The position numbers and the translations under genes are program-made. From NCBI GenBank assembly GCA_964552045.1, contig CAZKFF010000005.1, forward strand, positions 34,302 through 98,301: a stretch of 64,000 nt of DNA. Reading direction: 5' to 3'. A model generated the notes under the pieces. The model searched no databases. It was not told where the DNA came from and worked only from the letters and a program-made list of their open reading frames with translations. Positions 18,722 to 28,838 of the stretch are shown piece by piece; the first letter of the stretch is position 1; the number at the start of each line of letters is the position of its first letter. The DNA comes from an uncultured Candidatus Saccharibacteria bacterium. GTDB taxonomy: Bacteria; Patescibacteriota; Minisyncoccia; Phycocordibacterales; UBA918.

Positions 18722-19684
18722 TTATTCACTGAGTGATACCCCCATTCCTTTAAGCAGGTCGATGATCTCTTCAACGCCTTTAGGCCCAATGCCGTCGAGC
18801 GCTAGGATATCATCTTTTTTCTTTCGCACAAGTCCGCCGATGGTGCGGATGTTCGCTTCTTCGAGCGCTGAAAGCGTCCGTGAAGAGAGGTCGAGCGTTT
18901 CAATGCGGGTCTTGAGAATATCTGGATCGATCTCCGCCTTCGTTTCCTGCTGTACTGAGGTCTCAGCTTCCTCAGGCGCTGCAGCGCTTTGCTCCTGGAA
19001 GCCGATGACCGCCTTCAGCTGGTGGATCATAACCTCGATAGACTGTTCAAGCGCTTCCCGGGGAGACATGGTGCCGTCTGTTTCGATAAAGACGCGCAGA
19101 CGGTTGTAGTCAGTCCGGTCGCCCACACGCATGTTCTCCACCTCGTAGTTTGCGCGGCGGATCGGTGTGAATACGGCGTCGAGCGCAATGGTGCCGATCT
19201 CAACCTTGTCTTTCTGGTGCGCCTCGCGGGGCACATAGCCGAGACCCTGCTCCACTTTCATTTCGATTTCAAGCTCGCCAGTCTTTGCGGTGATCTCTGC
19301 GATCGCCTGCTCCGGGCTTAAGATCTCAACCTGTGACGGTGCGGTTATGTCTGCTGCAGTCACCACGCCCGCCCCTTTCTTTTTGAGGGTGATCGTTACC
19401 GCGTCAGTGCCATGGAGCGCAAGACGTATACGCTTGATATTAAGCAGAATGGTGATGACGTCTTCGCGGATGCCGTCGAGCGTTGAGAACTCATGTTCTG
19501 CGCCGTTGATCTTCACCTGCGTGATTGCTGCACCGGGAAGCGATGAAAGGATGATGCGGCGAAGCGAGTTGCCGAGCGTGTGCCCATATCCAGGATAGAG
19601 ACCATCAATTTCATAAACGCCACGAAATTCCTCCTCAGTTACGATTCGTGGCTTTGATGGTAGCGCAATGTTTGTCTCTAACAT
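18722..19684 (-). CDS. rpoA: RNA polymerase alpha subunit
   Basis: GYGHTLGNSLRRIILSSLPG. Confidence 0.98.
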   Translation of the reverse strand: MLETNIALPSKPRIVTEEEFRGVYEIDGLYPGYGHTLGNSLRRIILSSLPGAAITQVKINGAEHEFSTLDGIREDVITILLNIKRIRLALHGTDAVTITLKKKGAGVVTAADITAPSQVEILSPEQAIAEITAKTGELEIEMKVEQGLGYVPREAHQKDKVEIGTIALDAVFTPIRRANYEVENMRVGDRTDYNRLRVFIETDGTMSPREALEQSIEVMIHQLKAVIGFQEQSAAAPEEAETSVQQETKAEIDPDILKTRIETLDLSSRTLSALEEANIRTIGGLVRKKKDDILALDGIGPKGVEEIIDLLKGMGVSLSE

Positions 19685-19723
19685 AATATTGTTCTTAATT
19701 TTGCTAACTAATGAGCGTAGACG

Positions 19724-20332
19724 TTATCGGCTGTAGTACTCAAATACTTGTTCAGGATCAAATAGGTTTTCAGCTGGCGCATAGGTTGGAACACCGGTTG
19801 TCTTTCCCTCAAGTTTCTTTATGTCGAACGAAAGCCATGCAGGGATCGAGGCTGACTCGAGCGTCTCAGCAAGGTTGGTGAAGATGATCGACTGCTTGCT
19901 TCCCTCTCGCACAGAAATAACATCATTCACCTTAACTTTGTGTGAAGGAATGGTCATGCGCTTTCCATTGACAAGGATATGACCGTGCGAGACCATCTGT
20001 CGGGCGAATCGGCGTGTCTTTGCAAGGCCGAGTCGATAGACCACGTTATCAAGGCGCTGCTCAAGACGCGTGTATAGGCTCACCACAGGTTGCTCGCTCT
20101 TCTCGAGTGCTTCGTCAACGTACCGTCGCAACTGCTTTTCAGTGATGCCGTACGTGAACTGCATCTTCTGCTTCTCAATGAGCTGTCGCTTATAGTCGCT
20201 CATCTGGCCAGGCTTTCGTTTTGCAGGGCGGCCCTGCTTAGATTCTGAAAGCGCGAATTTCTGTGTCTGCGTCTTTTCAAAGATAGGAGCGCCGAGACGT
20301 TTTGCAATTTTAAATTTTGGTCCGATTTTCAT
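19724..20332 (-). CDS. rpsD: 30S ribosomal protein S4
   Basis: LEQRLDNVVYRLG, ARQMVSHGH. Confidence 0.98.
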   Translation of the reverse strand: MKIGPKFKIAKRLGAPIFEKTQTQKFALSESKQGRPAKRKPGQMSDYKRQLIEKQKMQFTYGITEKQLRRYVDEALEKSEQPVVSLYTRLEQRLDNVVYRLGLAKTRRFARQMVSHGHILVNGKRMTIPSHKVKVNDVISVREGSKQSIIFTNLAETLESASIPAWLSFDIKKLEGKTTGVPTYAPAENLFDPEQVFEYYSR

Positions 20333-20344
20333 ACGTTGTGATTA

Positions 20345-20776
20345 TTAGATGCGGCGAGCCTTAGGTGCACGTGGTCCGTTGTGCGGTACTGGCGTCATGT
20401 CGGTGATCTTTGAAACACCGATGCCTTTGCCGGAAAATGAACGAAGTGCTGATTCCCGACCTGCACCGACTCCGCGGATCACTACTTCTGCTTCTTTCAT
20501 GCCCATCTGGAGCGCTTTGTCTCCGATGATCTCTCCGACCTTTGCAGCAGCAAAAGGAGTCGATTTGCGCGAGCCCTTGAAGCCGAGCGCACCGCTGCTT
20601 GCAGCCATCACTGTATTGCCCTTCGTGTCGCAGAGCGTCAGGATCGTGTTATTGAATGTGGCGAGGATGTTGAGGCGTCCATTGACCACTTTCTTCTTTG
20701 GAATGCGATTGAGTGCGCGAGATGTGCCGCTGACATCTGAACCGCCTCCCTTCTTTATGATTCGTTTCTTACCCAT
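20345..20776 (-). CDS. rpsK: 30S ribosomal protein S11
   Basis: TFNNT, GFKGSRKSTPFAA, TPVPHNG. Confidence 0.98.
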   Translation of the reverse strand: MGKKRIIKKGGGSDVSGTSRALNRIPKKKVVNGRLNILATFNNTILTLCDTKGNTVMAASSGALGFKGSRKSTPFAAAKVGEIIGDKALQMGMKEAEVVIRGVGAGRESALRSFSGKGIGVSKITDMTPVPHNGPRAPKARRI

Positions 20777-20804
20777 AGGAAAATCAATTGATTTCTAACA
20801 AATA

Positions 20805-21182
20805 TTAAGTCTTTTCGAGCTTACGCTTTCCAGAACCCATCGTCTTCTTAACACCCTTGAGCGTACGGGCATTGGTCTTCGTCCGCTGGCCGCGGGACGG
20901 AAGCCGCTTCGCATGACGCGAACCGCGATATGACTGAATGTCCTTCAGCCGCTTGATGTTCGAGGATACCTGACGCTTGAGTTCGCCTTCAATAGGAAAT
21001 GCTTCGATCTTCACTCGAATAGCATTCTCCTGTTCTGTTGAAATATCTGTCGGCTTTGTGAATTCCTTGATGCCGAGCTCCGCGAGAATAGACTTCGCAC
21101 GAGCATAGCCAATACCATGAATAGCGGTGAGACCGTACTCGAGGTGTTTGTCGTCTTTGATGGTGATACCTGCAATACGCAT
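20805..21182 (-). CDS. rpsM: 30S ribosomal protein S13
   Basis: MRIAGI, YRGSRH, RGQRTKTNART. Confidence 0.98.
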   Translation of the reverse strand: MRIAGITIKDDKHLEYGLTAIHGIGYARAKSILAELGIKEFTKPTDISTEQENAIRVKIEAFPIEGELKRQVSSNIKRLKDIQSYRGSRHAKRLPSRGQRTKTNARTLKGVKKTMGSGKRKLEKT

Positions 21183-21191
21183 ATTGATACT

Positions 21192-21308
21192 TTAACCTTG
21201 TCGCTGCTTATGTCGCGGCTTCAACTTATTAATAACGTACACACGACCTCGTCGGCGAACGATTTTGTCGTCTGGACTCATTTTTTTAACTGATGATCGT
21301 ACTTTCAT
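21192..21308 (-). CDS. rpmJ: 50S ribosomal protein L36 (Cys-free form), absent from ORF track
   Basis: [38 protein letters not shown]; lies between infA and rpsM. Confidence 0.95.
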   Translation of the reverse strand: MKVRSSVKKMSPDDKIVRRRGRVYVINKLKPRHKQRQG

Positions 21309-21313
21309 AATTT

Positions 21314-21529
21314 TTAAAGGCGTTTTGTTATCCTCCCCTTGCCTCCGTATGGATCAGGAACAATGGCAACCTTGTCTCCGACAAGCACCCGGATCCTGAA
21401 TTTGCGCATTTTTCCTGCAAGGTACGCAATTTGCTTTTCTCCTGTGCCGTCCAGTACTACGCGAAAAAGCGCATTTGGAAGCGCTTCCTCTACTGTTCCG
21501 TAGACGAGGTTATCTTGTGATTGATCCAT
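21314..21529 (-). CDS. infA: Translation initiation factor IF-1
   Basis: [24 protein letters not shown]. Confidence 0.96.
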   Translation of the reverse strand: MDQSQDNLVYGTVEEALPNALFRVVLDGTGEKQIAYLAGKMRKFRIRVLVGDKVAIVPDPYGGKGRITKRL

Positions 21530-21580
21530 TAAACGTGCCAAAGTCTAGCAAAAGAAGTCGATGGCGTCAATAGTATGGAG

Positions 21581-22897
21581 CTATTCCGTGGCTTCAATGA
21601 TCTCGATAATCTCGATCTCGTCCATATGCGTCGGGAATGTGGTCTTCCAGAACGGCCGAATGACTGCGTTTGCCCGCTCAATCGCCGGATATGCCCCGAG
21701 AATACCGGTAAGTGCGGTCTTGTTGGCATTGACGAGATCGGCCTTGAGCTTTTCAACGTCATACGTCCACACGATCTGCGGTTTGCCGGTAAGGTTGAAC
21801 GAAAGCGATGTGGCATTGCTAATATCTGAGGAAGTTGTGGTCGCGTCGGTATAGCTGAAGGCAAAACTGCTGTAATCGCTGATGCGAACGGGAGCTTTTT
21901 CATATCCCGGGATCGTCGCCTGTGCGATGAATGCAGCGAAGGCATCTTCCTTGAAAAGCGGTACGCGCAACAGGACTTTCTCCTTGATGGTCGCAAGATT
22001 CTCGCCGTACTCAACCGAAGGCAATGATTCGTAGGTGAAGGTCACCGCATCTTTGAACATGACAAAGCCGGCCGGCTTCTCGGCGTCCATTCGCCCCAGC
22101 AGTGAGTTGCGCAGTTCCGTGCGAAGCGCCTGTTGTGCGACCTGGAGCTCGTCCTCATCAATGATGAATTTCATGCCGTTGAATCCCCCGGTAAAGTCAG
22201 AAGTCGATTCCGCATAAATAGTCGTATATTCCGGCTCGCCCTTGAAGCCGGGAACGGTGAATGTGCTCGGGCCGATATTGTACTGTTCGCCCACTTCGTC
22301 CGCATATACTTCAGCTGTAGTCACCCCCGGGACTTTTGTGTCACCGTCCATCGTGTATCCGGGCACGATAGCAGGATCCTTGATCTTGAAGATAAGCCCG
22401 TCGGGAGATTCGAAGCGGGTGTTGGTGACCAGACGGATCGGCTCTGTCTGCTGTGCGTTATATATGAAAATAGTGCCGAGCGCCTGAGACGCAACCATCT
22501 CCTGGCCTGAGGCGGTCACCTGACGTTCCCCTTCCGCCTCGAGGATCATGATCTCATAGGGCAACTCGTCTGCTGATGCAACCTTCTTCGCTTCAAAGAC
22601 AGCATTGACGTTCGGCTCGCGGTGCTTCGGGTATACGGTCACATCAGCTCCGCCCATCAGTGCGCTCGCCAGCACTCCGCCGCCGACCACTAGCACAAAA
22701 ATGATCACAGCATACAGGAGCGATTTGTTCTTCTTCTTATTTCCATCCATAATGCGGATGCTCATCGCATCCTCGGCTTCTTCTTTGGGCATCTGGAGAG
22801 GTCTTTCCTGAGCTACGGGCGTTTCCTGAGGTGCAGGAGTTCGGCGTTTTCGTGGTGTTGCTGGACGAATATCCTGTAAATTCCACTTTTGTGTCAT
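21581..22897 (-). CDS. Membrane-anchored protein with baseplate-J-like extracellular region
   Basis: DIRP N-terminus, one TM, then GTIFIYN...LVTNTRF...VYADEVGEQYN...FTGG, as recalled for CPR baseplate-J-like proteins. Confidence 0.6.
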   Translation of the reverse strand: MTQKWNLQDIRPATPRKRRTPAPQETPVAQERPLQMPKEEAEDAMSIRIMDGNKKKNKSLLYAVIIFVLVVGGGVLASALMGGADVTVYPKHREPNVNAVFEAKKVASADELPYEIMILEAEGERQVTASGQEMVASQALGTIFIYNAQQTEPIRLVTNTRFESPDGLIFKIKDPAIVPGYTMDGDTKVPGVTTAEVYADEVGEQYNIGPSTFTVPGFKGEPEYTTIYAESTSDFTGGFNGMKFIIDEDELQVAQQALRTELRNSLLGRMDAEKPAGFVMFKDAVTFTYESLPSVEYGENLATIKEKVLLRVPLFKEDAFAAFIAQATIPGYEKAPVRISDYSSFAFSYTDATTTSSDISNATSLSFNLTGKPQIVWTYDVEKLKADLVNANKTALTGILGAYPAIERANAVIRPFWKTTFPTHMDEIEIIEIIEATE

Positions 22898-22957
22898 GAT
22901 CTTAGTATACCTATAAGCTCTTAAAAATCCTACCGCGCTCTGTGCAAGAAATAAGCA

Positions 22958-24157
22958 TTATTTTTCCAGCCGCAGGTCGGCGTATGACTCACGTGTGTGG
23001 AAATAATAGGCGGAGAGGGCAAGCGCTGTATCCTCCATTTTTGTATCGCCGAGGAGTTCAGAAGTGAAGTGGTGCACGGTATGGTTTGATGATGTTGCCT
23101 TCTTCGCACCGTCCTTCAGATGCTTTGCAAAGAATTCCTCAGTGCGTTTCGACGTATGCAGAAAAAGTGACCGCGGGATGGAAAGCGCATCGCCGGTGCG
23201 TTTGAACAGATCGGCTATTTTAGCTTCGTATGCATCAGAAATATCCATGACTTCAGCGAACTGGCTGTCGCTGAAATGGGCCTTCAGCTCCTCCTCTCCG
23301 TTCTTGAGCGTCGCAAAAGCCTCCTCTTTTGGGATACCGGTTGCGACTGCGATCTCACGTGCAAGACTGTACATGCCAAACGGCGTATGCGTGGTGTGCC
23401 AGAGCACATTGTCGCGCACGATCCCTATTTCAGTCGCTTCGTTGGTGACATCGATCAGACAAATCTCCGACGTGTCGGGATGCAGATCCTTCAGTACCCG
23501 GTAAAACAAATACATGAACGAATAATACTCAATGGTGACGCGCGGAAGTATCTTGTGTATGGAGTCCTCCAAAGTAAGCAGTATTTTTTCCTGTGCGACG
23601 GCGCTTATGTGTGAAAGCTCAATAGCCGTGGCAGTCTTTCCCTCAGGCTTCTCTACCGAATAACCGTTGAGCTGCACGTTTACCGAAGCATCGGTGATCA
23701 TGCGCAAACCAAGGTCAGAGACAAGCTGTCCATCGACAGTCGTCTCGAGCGTCTGCTTCCGCGCGGTTTCAATGAGCTGGCTCATGAGCGGTCGATTTAC
23801 TTCAAATCCGTGCACGTTCTCATAGCTGATGGTCTTGGTTATGGTATACGACCAGGGGGCACAGAGAGCGACCTGTACATGGCGAATGCGCATATGAGGA
23901 TCATGCGCATGGAGCGATTTCAGGCCGGTGCTCCCCAGGACAAGCAGCGCATTCACCACTGTCGTGCAGATATCACGGAGTGATTCTTCAGCATGCGCGG
24001 TGTCCTTGATGCGCATATACTCACGGTAGGTCCAGACCACATCCATGACGTCGGTCTCATTGTTGGAGACGACTATAGCGATGCCCACGCTCCCTGAGCC
24101 GATATCAATGACAGCTCCGCACTCAGTTGGTGGCACTTTCGAAGAAAACAAGGACAT
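22958..24157 (-). CDS. FtsA/PilM-like actin-fold protein
   Basis: IDIGSGSV phosphate-1 motif; degenerate IDVTNEATEI phosphate-2 motif. Confidence 0.65.
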   Translation of the reverse strand: MSLFSSKVPPTECGAVIDIGSGSVGIAIVVSNNETDVMDVVWTYREYMRIKDTAHAEESLRDICTTVVNALLVLGSTGLKSLHAHDPHMRIRHVQVALCAPWSYTITKTISYENVHGFEVNRPLMSQLIETARKQTLETTVDGQLVSDLGLRMITDASVNVQLNGYSVEKPEGKTATAIELSHISAVAQEKILLTLEDSIHKILPRVTIEYYSFMYLFYRVLKDLHPDTSEICLIDVTNEATEIGIVRDNVLWHTTHTPFGMYSLAREIAVATGIPKEEAFATLKNGEEELKAHFSDSQFAEVMDISDAYEAKIADLFKRTGDALSIPRSLFLHTSKRTEEFFAKHLKDGAKKATSSNHTVHHFTSELLGDTKMEDTALALSAYYFHTRESYADLRLEK

Positions 24158-24253
24158 TATGCATACAGTATACCGCATCGGTATGTTTAGCTCGCGGTGC
24201 TTTTATCCACGCTGGACATGAACTCTTGCAGCATCATGATACTGCAAATGCTG

Positions 24254-25285
24254 TTAAAAAGTTGCGAATATCTTTTTATCCTGTGTTTCAATTCTCACGA
24301 CACCTCCATACGGCATAGGTATTTGTGGGTCGGTATGTCCGAAGTCCATATTCTGGACAATAGGTATGTGTGGATTGTACTTCCGGACGATATCTCTGAT
24401 GCACGTTCTTTGTTCTTCACGATACCTCGCTTTTTCATTGACATCCATCTGTTTGTCGAATTCCCAAGCTTTTGGTCTTCCGACCAGTATGCCTTTGATC
24501 TCGGCGAGAATACCGCGCTCGCCAAGAGCCCGCATCACCCGCATCACATACGCGGATGAGGGAATCTCCTCAGAAGTTTCAAGCATAAGCACAATATCCC
24601 TGAACTGCGTGAGGGTCGGGACAGGCACGCCGTTGCGGAGCATTTCATCGATCGATTCAATACAACCTCCCCACAGGAGCCCCGATCCCTGTGCGGTGCC
24701 ATCCCAATCCCACCCGCTGTTTGGTTCATAGACACGACGCTGTGACAATAAGTGACGATCCTCCCAGCTGTGCCCCCGATCGTTGTATTCCTCTGATGCG
24801 GTCAGCTCGATCTCATCGCTTTCGAAAAGCGCGTGCTTGATATAGGAGATGGTGAAGTCATCCATGTGGCCTTGCATCGCAAATTGGGTGAAAAGCGCTG
24901 CACCGTAATATGAAGGAATCCCATTGAGGAATAAAAAATTGCAGAAATGCGAGTTATCGCTGAAACCAAAAAAAGGTTTTGGATGCTGTACAAAGACGTC
25001 AGGATGCAGATATTTGACGTATGTGACCTGATCATCACCGCCAATCGAACTGATCACTGCTTTTATGCTGTTGTCATTGAACGCGGCGATAAGATCATCC
25101 GCCCGCTCCTGTGTGGTCGCGTCGATCTTTGCAGTGGCTGGAAATGGGACTGGCACAAGACCGAATACGTCGCGTATGCGCTGCAGACCTAATGCATATA
25201 CATGCGGCCATCTTCCTGGGGCGGCATATGAAGGCGAGACTATCGCTACCGCGTCCCCCGCTTTTAGTTTGGTGAGTGTTTTCAT
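24254..25285 (-). CDS. S66 peptidase (LD-carboxypeptidase/MccF family)
   Basis: SIGGDD, GFSD (Ser), LETSEE (Glu), DFGHT (His). Confidence 0.92.
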   Translation of the reverse strand: MKTLTKLKAGDAVAIVSPSYAAPGRWPHVYALGLQRIRDVFGLVPVPFPATAKIDATTQERADDLIAAFNDNSIKAVISSIGGDDQVTYVKYLHPDVFVQHPKPFFGFSDNSHFCNFLFLNGIPSYYGAALFTQFAMQGHMDDFTISYIKHALFESDEIELTASEEYNDRGHSWEDRHLLSQRRVYEPNSGWDWDGTAQGSGLLWGGCIESIDEMLRNGVPVPTLTQFRDIVLMLETSEEIPSSAYVMRVMRALGERGILAEIKGILVGRPKAWEFDKQMDVNEKARYREEQRTCIRDIVRKYNPHIPIVQNMDFGHTDPQIPMPYGGVVRIETQDKKIFATF

Positions 25286-25571
25286 ATTATGGATTCATAC
25301 TCCCGGTTCGGTAGTGAGTCTCTGCTTCACTTGATCCAAGATTCACCCGAGTTGCTCAGACAACTGACTCCTTACGTGCGTTGTCCCATCCAATATTATG
25401 TTTTCATACCCCATGAGTATAACAGAGCGATTTCATTATGCTTTCACTCGCCCCGTGTATAGTACACACCAGAGGCGCAACAGAGCGCGGTCGATCCTTA
25501 CCTCAACGACGCGTTGTTTAGGTACTTATAAGTACAGTCACATATTACGGGCCTTACTTAATGCACTGCTT

Positions 25572-25835
25572 ATGAAAACCACCACCCTTTCAGCTGTACC
25601 GGATTCTTATATGCACGAAACACAATTCAACATGACGCAATCTCAGGCTATCCCTTCGGCCTCACATACCTCAGTTTCGACAATTCCCTTATATGACATA
25701 CTCGCGACAGGTGTCTTCCCTTTACAAAGCTGGTATGGAACACAGCAAGCTGCTATGTATGACATTCACCCCTTGCAGTATCAGCCGATGACTCACCTGT
25801 CCGCTATCGCACCCGATACTTCACCGTTCGTGTGA
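25572..25835 (+). CDS. Hypothetical small protein
   Basis: Open frame followed by a terminator-like hairpin at 25864-25892; no recognisable motif; start uncertain. Confidence 0.35.
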   Translation: MKTTTLSAVPDSYMHETQFNMTQSQAIPSASHTSVSTIPLYDILATGVFPLQSWYGTQQAAMYDIHPLQYQPMTHLSAIAPDTSPFV

Positions 25836-25951
25836 TTGGACTTGCAAGTAGAGCCTCTAAAACCACACCCGTCCTCATGCAGGGCGGGTGTGTTGCCTTT
25901 TTCCATCCTACGTCCTATAGTTTTACTGTTGAGTAAGCATACGGAGGAGAG

Positions 25952-26140
25952 ATGCAGAACCAACAGTTGGCAGGAGATATCAAAGAAAGCAGACCGGATT
26001 CCAGACCGCCGGACGACTGGCGGAAGCTCGGCACTGGCCCCTTGCGCCACACGACCCCGAAGGAGCGGAACCATCGCAACCGGGGCATGGCCTCGAACAC
26101 CGACGGGTGGAAAGAGAGCATTCGCGAAGATCGCGACTGA
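25952..26140 (+). CDS. Hypothetical small hydrophilic protein (62 aa)
   Basis: GGAGG SD, TATAGT upstream, hairpin 26160-26186 downstream. Confidence 0.5.
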   Translation: MQNQQLAGDIKESRPDSRPPDDWRKLGTGPLRHTTPKERNHRNRGMASNTDGWKESIREDRD

Positions 26141-26216
26141 GCGCTCCGACCACACAGCAAGAGACGCGCCATCAAAGCGCGTCTCTATTAGTTTTCATTG
26201 TTAAGATAGGAGATAG

Positions 26217-26771
26217 CTAAGTGACTGATTGATCAACGATTGCAACAGTTACGCGAGGTCTTGCATTACTGCCATCCGTAAGGATAATCTCATATTTAAA
26301 TCTAAATCTATAGAGCAACCATTTGAGGCGATTAGACCGGTACGTCAAGGTGACTTCAAGGAAAGCAGAATTATCTTGGTATTCATTGTTAAGCAACTTA
26401 TTAATTCCAGTCTCATTAATCATTCCAAGCTCAAACGTAGGTGGTTGAGTATCCTTCGGGAAGACGTAGGCATGTATATCTTTTGCCGCATGATAAAGTT
26501 CATCCCCAATTTTAATCGCCACGTCTTCCTTTTTGGCAGAAAAAAATGTCGGTACTGAGCCAAGGTTTATTACACGAGCTAAGAAAATGAAACTTCTATT
26601 TCTCTCAATAACCTCAATATCCAATTTTAAATATGGTCTCCTTCGAAAATAATATTCAAAAATTGCCAACACAAGTGCAATGACTGCTGTGATTGCAGAA
26701 ATCCATTCAGGATTAAATGGCTCAGTTTCAATTCTTTCAACACAGTGAGATACGTAATAAAATGCATCCAT
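26217..26771 (-). CDS. AT-rich hypothetical protein with one TM helix
   Basis: 184-aa ORF; WISAITAVIALVLAIF helix; visibly lower GC than flanks. Confidence 0.7.
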   Translation of the reverse strand: MDAFYYVSHCVERIETEPFNPEWISAITAVIALVLAIFEYYFRRRPYLKLDIEVIERNRSFIFLARVINLGSVPTFFSAKKEDVAIKIGDELYHAAKDIHAYVFPKDTQPPTFELGMINETGINKLLNNEYQDNSAFLEVTLTYRSNRLKWLLYRFRFKYEIILTDGSNARPRVTVAIVDQSVT

Positions 26772-26793
26772 AGTACTCCACTACTATAAAAGT

Positions 26794-28767
26794 TTATTCT
26801 AAAATTCCTTTTATACGTCGTACACCCGCTGAAGAAGCCTCTTCCTTTGCAATACGGAAGTGACCGCTTTTGGCTATTTCACTAGTGTTCTCAACATGCG
26901 GACCGCCGCAGAACTCAATGGAGAATGCGTTTTCGAACTGTGGATTCTCTATGGTAGCTCCAACTGGGCCAATTGAATACACCGAAACAACATCCGGGTA
27001 CTTTGCGTTGAACTCGTGCTCCGCGCCGAGTTTCTCCGCTTCTTCCTTTGGAAGCGTCGAACGCAGGACCGGAAGCGATGCGTCGATCTTTTCGTTGACG
27101 ATACGCTCAACTTCAGACTTTTGTTCGTCAGTCATTTTAGCGTCGTGCGAGAAGTCAATACGCAGACGCTCTGCGGTGATATTGCTCCCTTTTTGGTGCA
27201 CATGGTCGCCCAAGACGTGCTGCAGTGCCGCAAGCAAAAGGTGATGTGTGGTATGAAGCCGGGTGGTCTCCTCTGAAGCATCTGCAAGGCCTCCCTTGAA
27301 CTTCTGTTCAGCGCCTGCGCGTGACTTTTCTTTATGCTCTTCCATCAGTGCGGCAAATTTCTTGAGGTCAACATCGAGTCCGCGTTCTTTCGCTATTTCT
27401 ACCGTGAGTTCGATCGGGAAACCGTATGTGGTGAAGAGCTCAAACGCGCGTTGTCCGCTTATGTACTGCTCGGTGTCAGCAGTTTGATCAAGCACCTTCT
27501 TCCCTGTTGCCTCGTCGATATGTGTTGTTGCAAGGATGCGCAGCGATGTCTTGTTGAATTCCCGCAGGCCGTTCGCAAGCGTTCGGCGGAAGTTCTCCTC
27601 CTCCTGCGCGATAGCGTTGGTTATTTCCTCGTGCTTCTCTGCAAGATTACTGTAATGCTCCTTGTAGGTTTCGATCACGCTCGATGCAAGTTCCTTCAGC
27701 GTACCCTCCGTAATGCCGAGCACATCAGCAAAGCGCACGCTGCGACGCAAAAGCCGGCGCACGAAGTAACCTTGTTCGCTGTTTGATGGCATGACTCCAT
27801 CGCCGATCATAAACACCGCCCCGCGGATGTGGTCGGTGATGACGCGGAATGCGACGAGATTGTCCTCGTACTTCTTCCCTGAAAGCTCCTCTATCTGCAC
27901 AACGACATTCCACAGCAGGTCGATCTTGAAGACGTCCGGATCTCCCCCTTTTGCTGCGACGATGCGCTCAAGTCCGCCGCCAAAGTCCACATTTTGCTGC
28001 GGTAGCTTCGCAAATGATCCGTCCTCCTTCTTGATGTATTCGATGAAGACTGAATTGCCGATCTCGAGGAATTGCCCGGAATCGCTATTTGGATGCGGTT
28101 CCTTATCCTTGAACTCCGGATGTGTAGCATATTCCGGTCCAAAGTCATAGAAGACCTCACTGTCCGGACCGCCGATCTCTCCAACCGGCATCTTTGCCGG
28201 TTTGCCGGAGCGGCTCCACCAGTTCTTTGACGCGTCATAGTAGAAGATACGTCCCCCCTGCATGCCGACCTCGTAGCCGTTCTCCTCGCTTCCGATGAAT
28301 ACATCCTTCGCATCAATATTCTTCTCTGCGAAGAGTTCCTTCCATGTTGCAACTGATTCCTCGTCGCGGGGAATGCCGAGTGACTCGTCTCCGGCGAACA
28401 CGGTGACGTAAATGCGCTTTGGGTCCAGTCCGACCTCATCGGTAAGGAATGTGAAGAACTGCCGTAGCTGTTCCTTTTTGAAATAATCGCCCAATGACCA
28501 GTTGCCGAGCATCTCAAAGAAGGTCGTGTGGCGATTGTCCCCCACTTCCTCGATATCCTCGGCCCGAAAGCACTTCTGCGAATCTGTCAGACGGTTGCCC
28601 ATCGGATGCGGTTCTCCCATGAGGTACGGGATCAGGGGCTGCATACCGCTTCCGGTAAAGAGCGTTGTTGGGTCATTCTCAGGGACAAGCGCCGCAGAGG
28701 GTATGACCTCATGGCCATGGTGCTTCATGAACTGCAGATATTTTTCCCGAATTTCGTTTCCACTCAT
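26794..28767 (-). CDS. alaS: Alanyl-tRNA synthetase, compact form lacking C-Ala
   Basis: HTTFFEMLGNWS, DHIR, HTTHHLL, EFCGGPH; ends at GVRRIKGILE. Confidence 0.96.
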   Translation of the reverse strand: MSGNEIREKYLQFMKHHGHEVIPSAALVPENDPTTLFTGSGMQPLIPYLMGEPHPMGNRLTDSQKCFRAEDIEEVGDNRHTTFFEMLGNWSLGDYFKKEQLRQFFTFLTDEVGLDPKRIYVTVFAGDESLGIPRDEESVATWKELFAEKNIDAKDVFIGSEENGYEVGMQGGRIFYYDASKNWWSRSGKPAKMPVGEIGGPDSEVFYDFGPEYATHPEFKDKEPHPNSDSGQFLEIGNSVFIEYIKKEDGSFAKLPQQNVDFGGGLERIVAAKGGDPDVFKIDLLWNVVVQIEELSGKKYEDNLVAFRVITDHIRGAVFMIGDGVMPSNSEQGYFVRRLLRRSVRFADVLGITEGTLKELASSVIETYKEHYSNLAEKHEEITNAIAQEEENFRRTLANGLREFNKTSLRILATTHIDEATGKKVLDQTADTEQYISGQRAFELFTTYGFPIELTVEIAKERGLDVDLKKFAALMEEHKEKSRAGAEQKFKGGLADASEETTRLHTTHHLLLAALQHVLGDHVHQKGSNITAERLRIDFSHDAKMTDEQKSEVERIVNEKIDASLPVLRSTLPKEEAEKLGAEHEFNAKYPDVVSVYSIGPVGATIENPQFENAFSIEFCGGPHVENTSEIAKSGHFRIAKEEASSAGVRRIKGILE

Positions 28768-28838
28768 AGATATAAGGCTAAAGTAATCACAGGAATATAG
28801 CAAAAAAAGACGGGTATGGTAAGAGGGTGCCGGGGCTT

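Noticed and set aside
25294-25437. Short minus-strand frame with an internal TGA (possible recoding or code 25)
   Set aside because: Conserved genes here end in TGA, so code 11 applies; no SECIS or homology evidence
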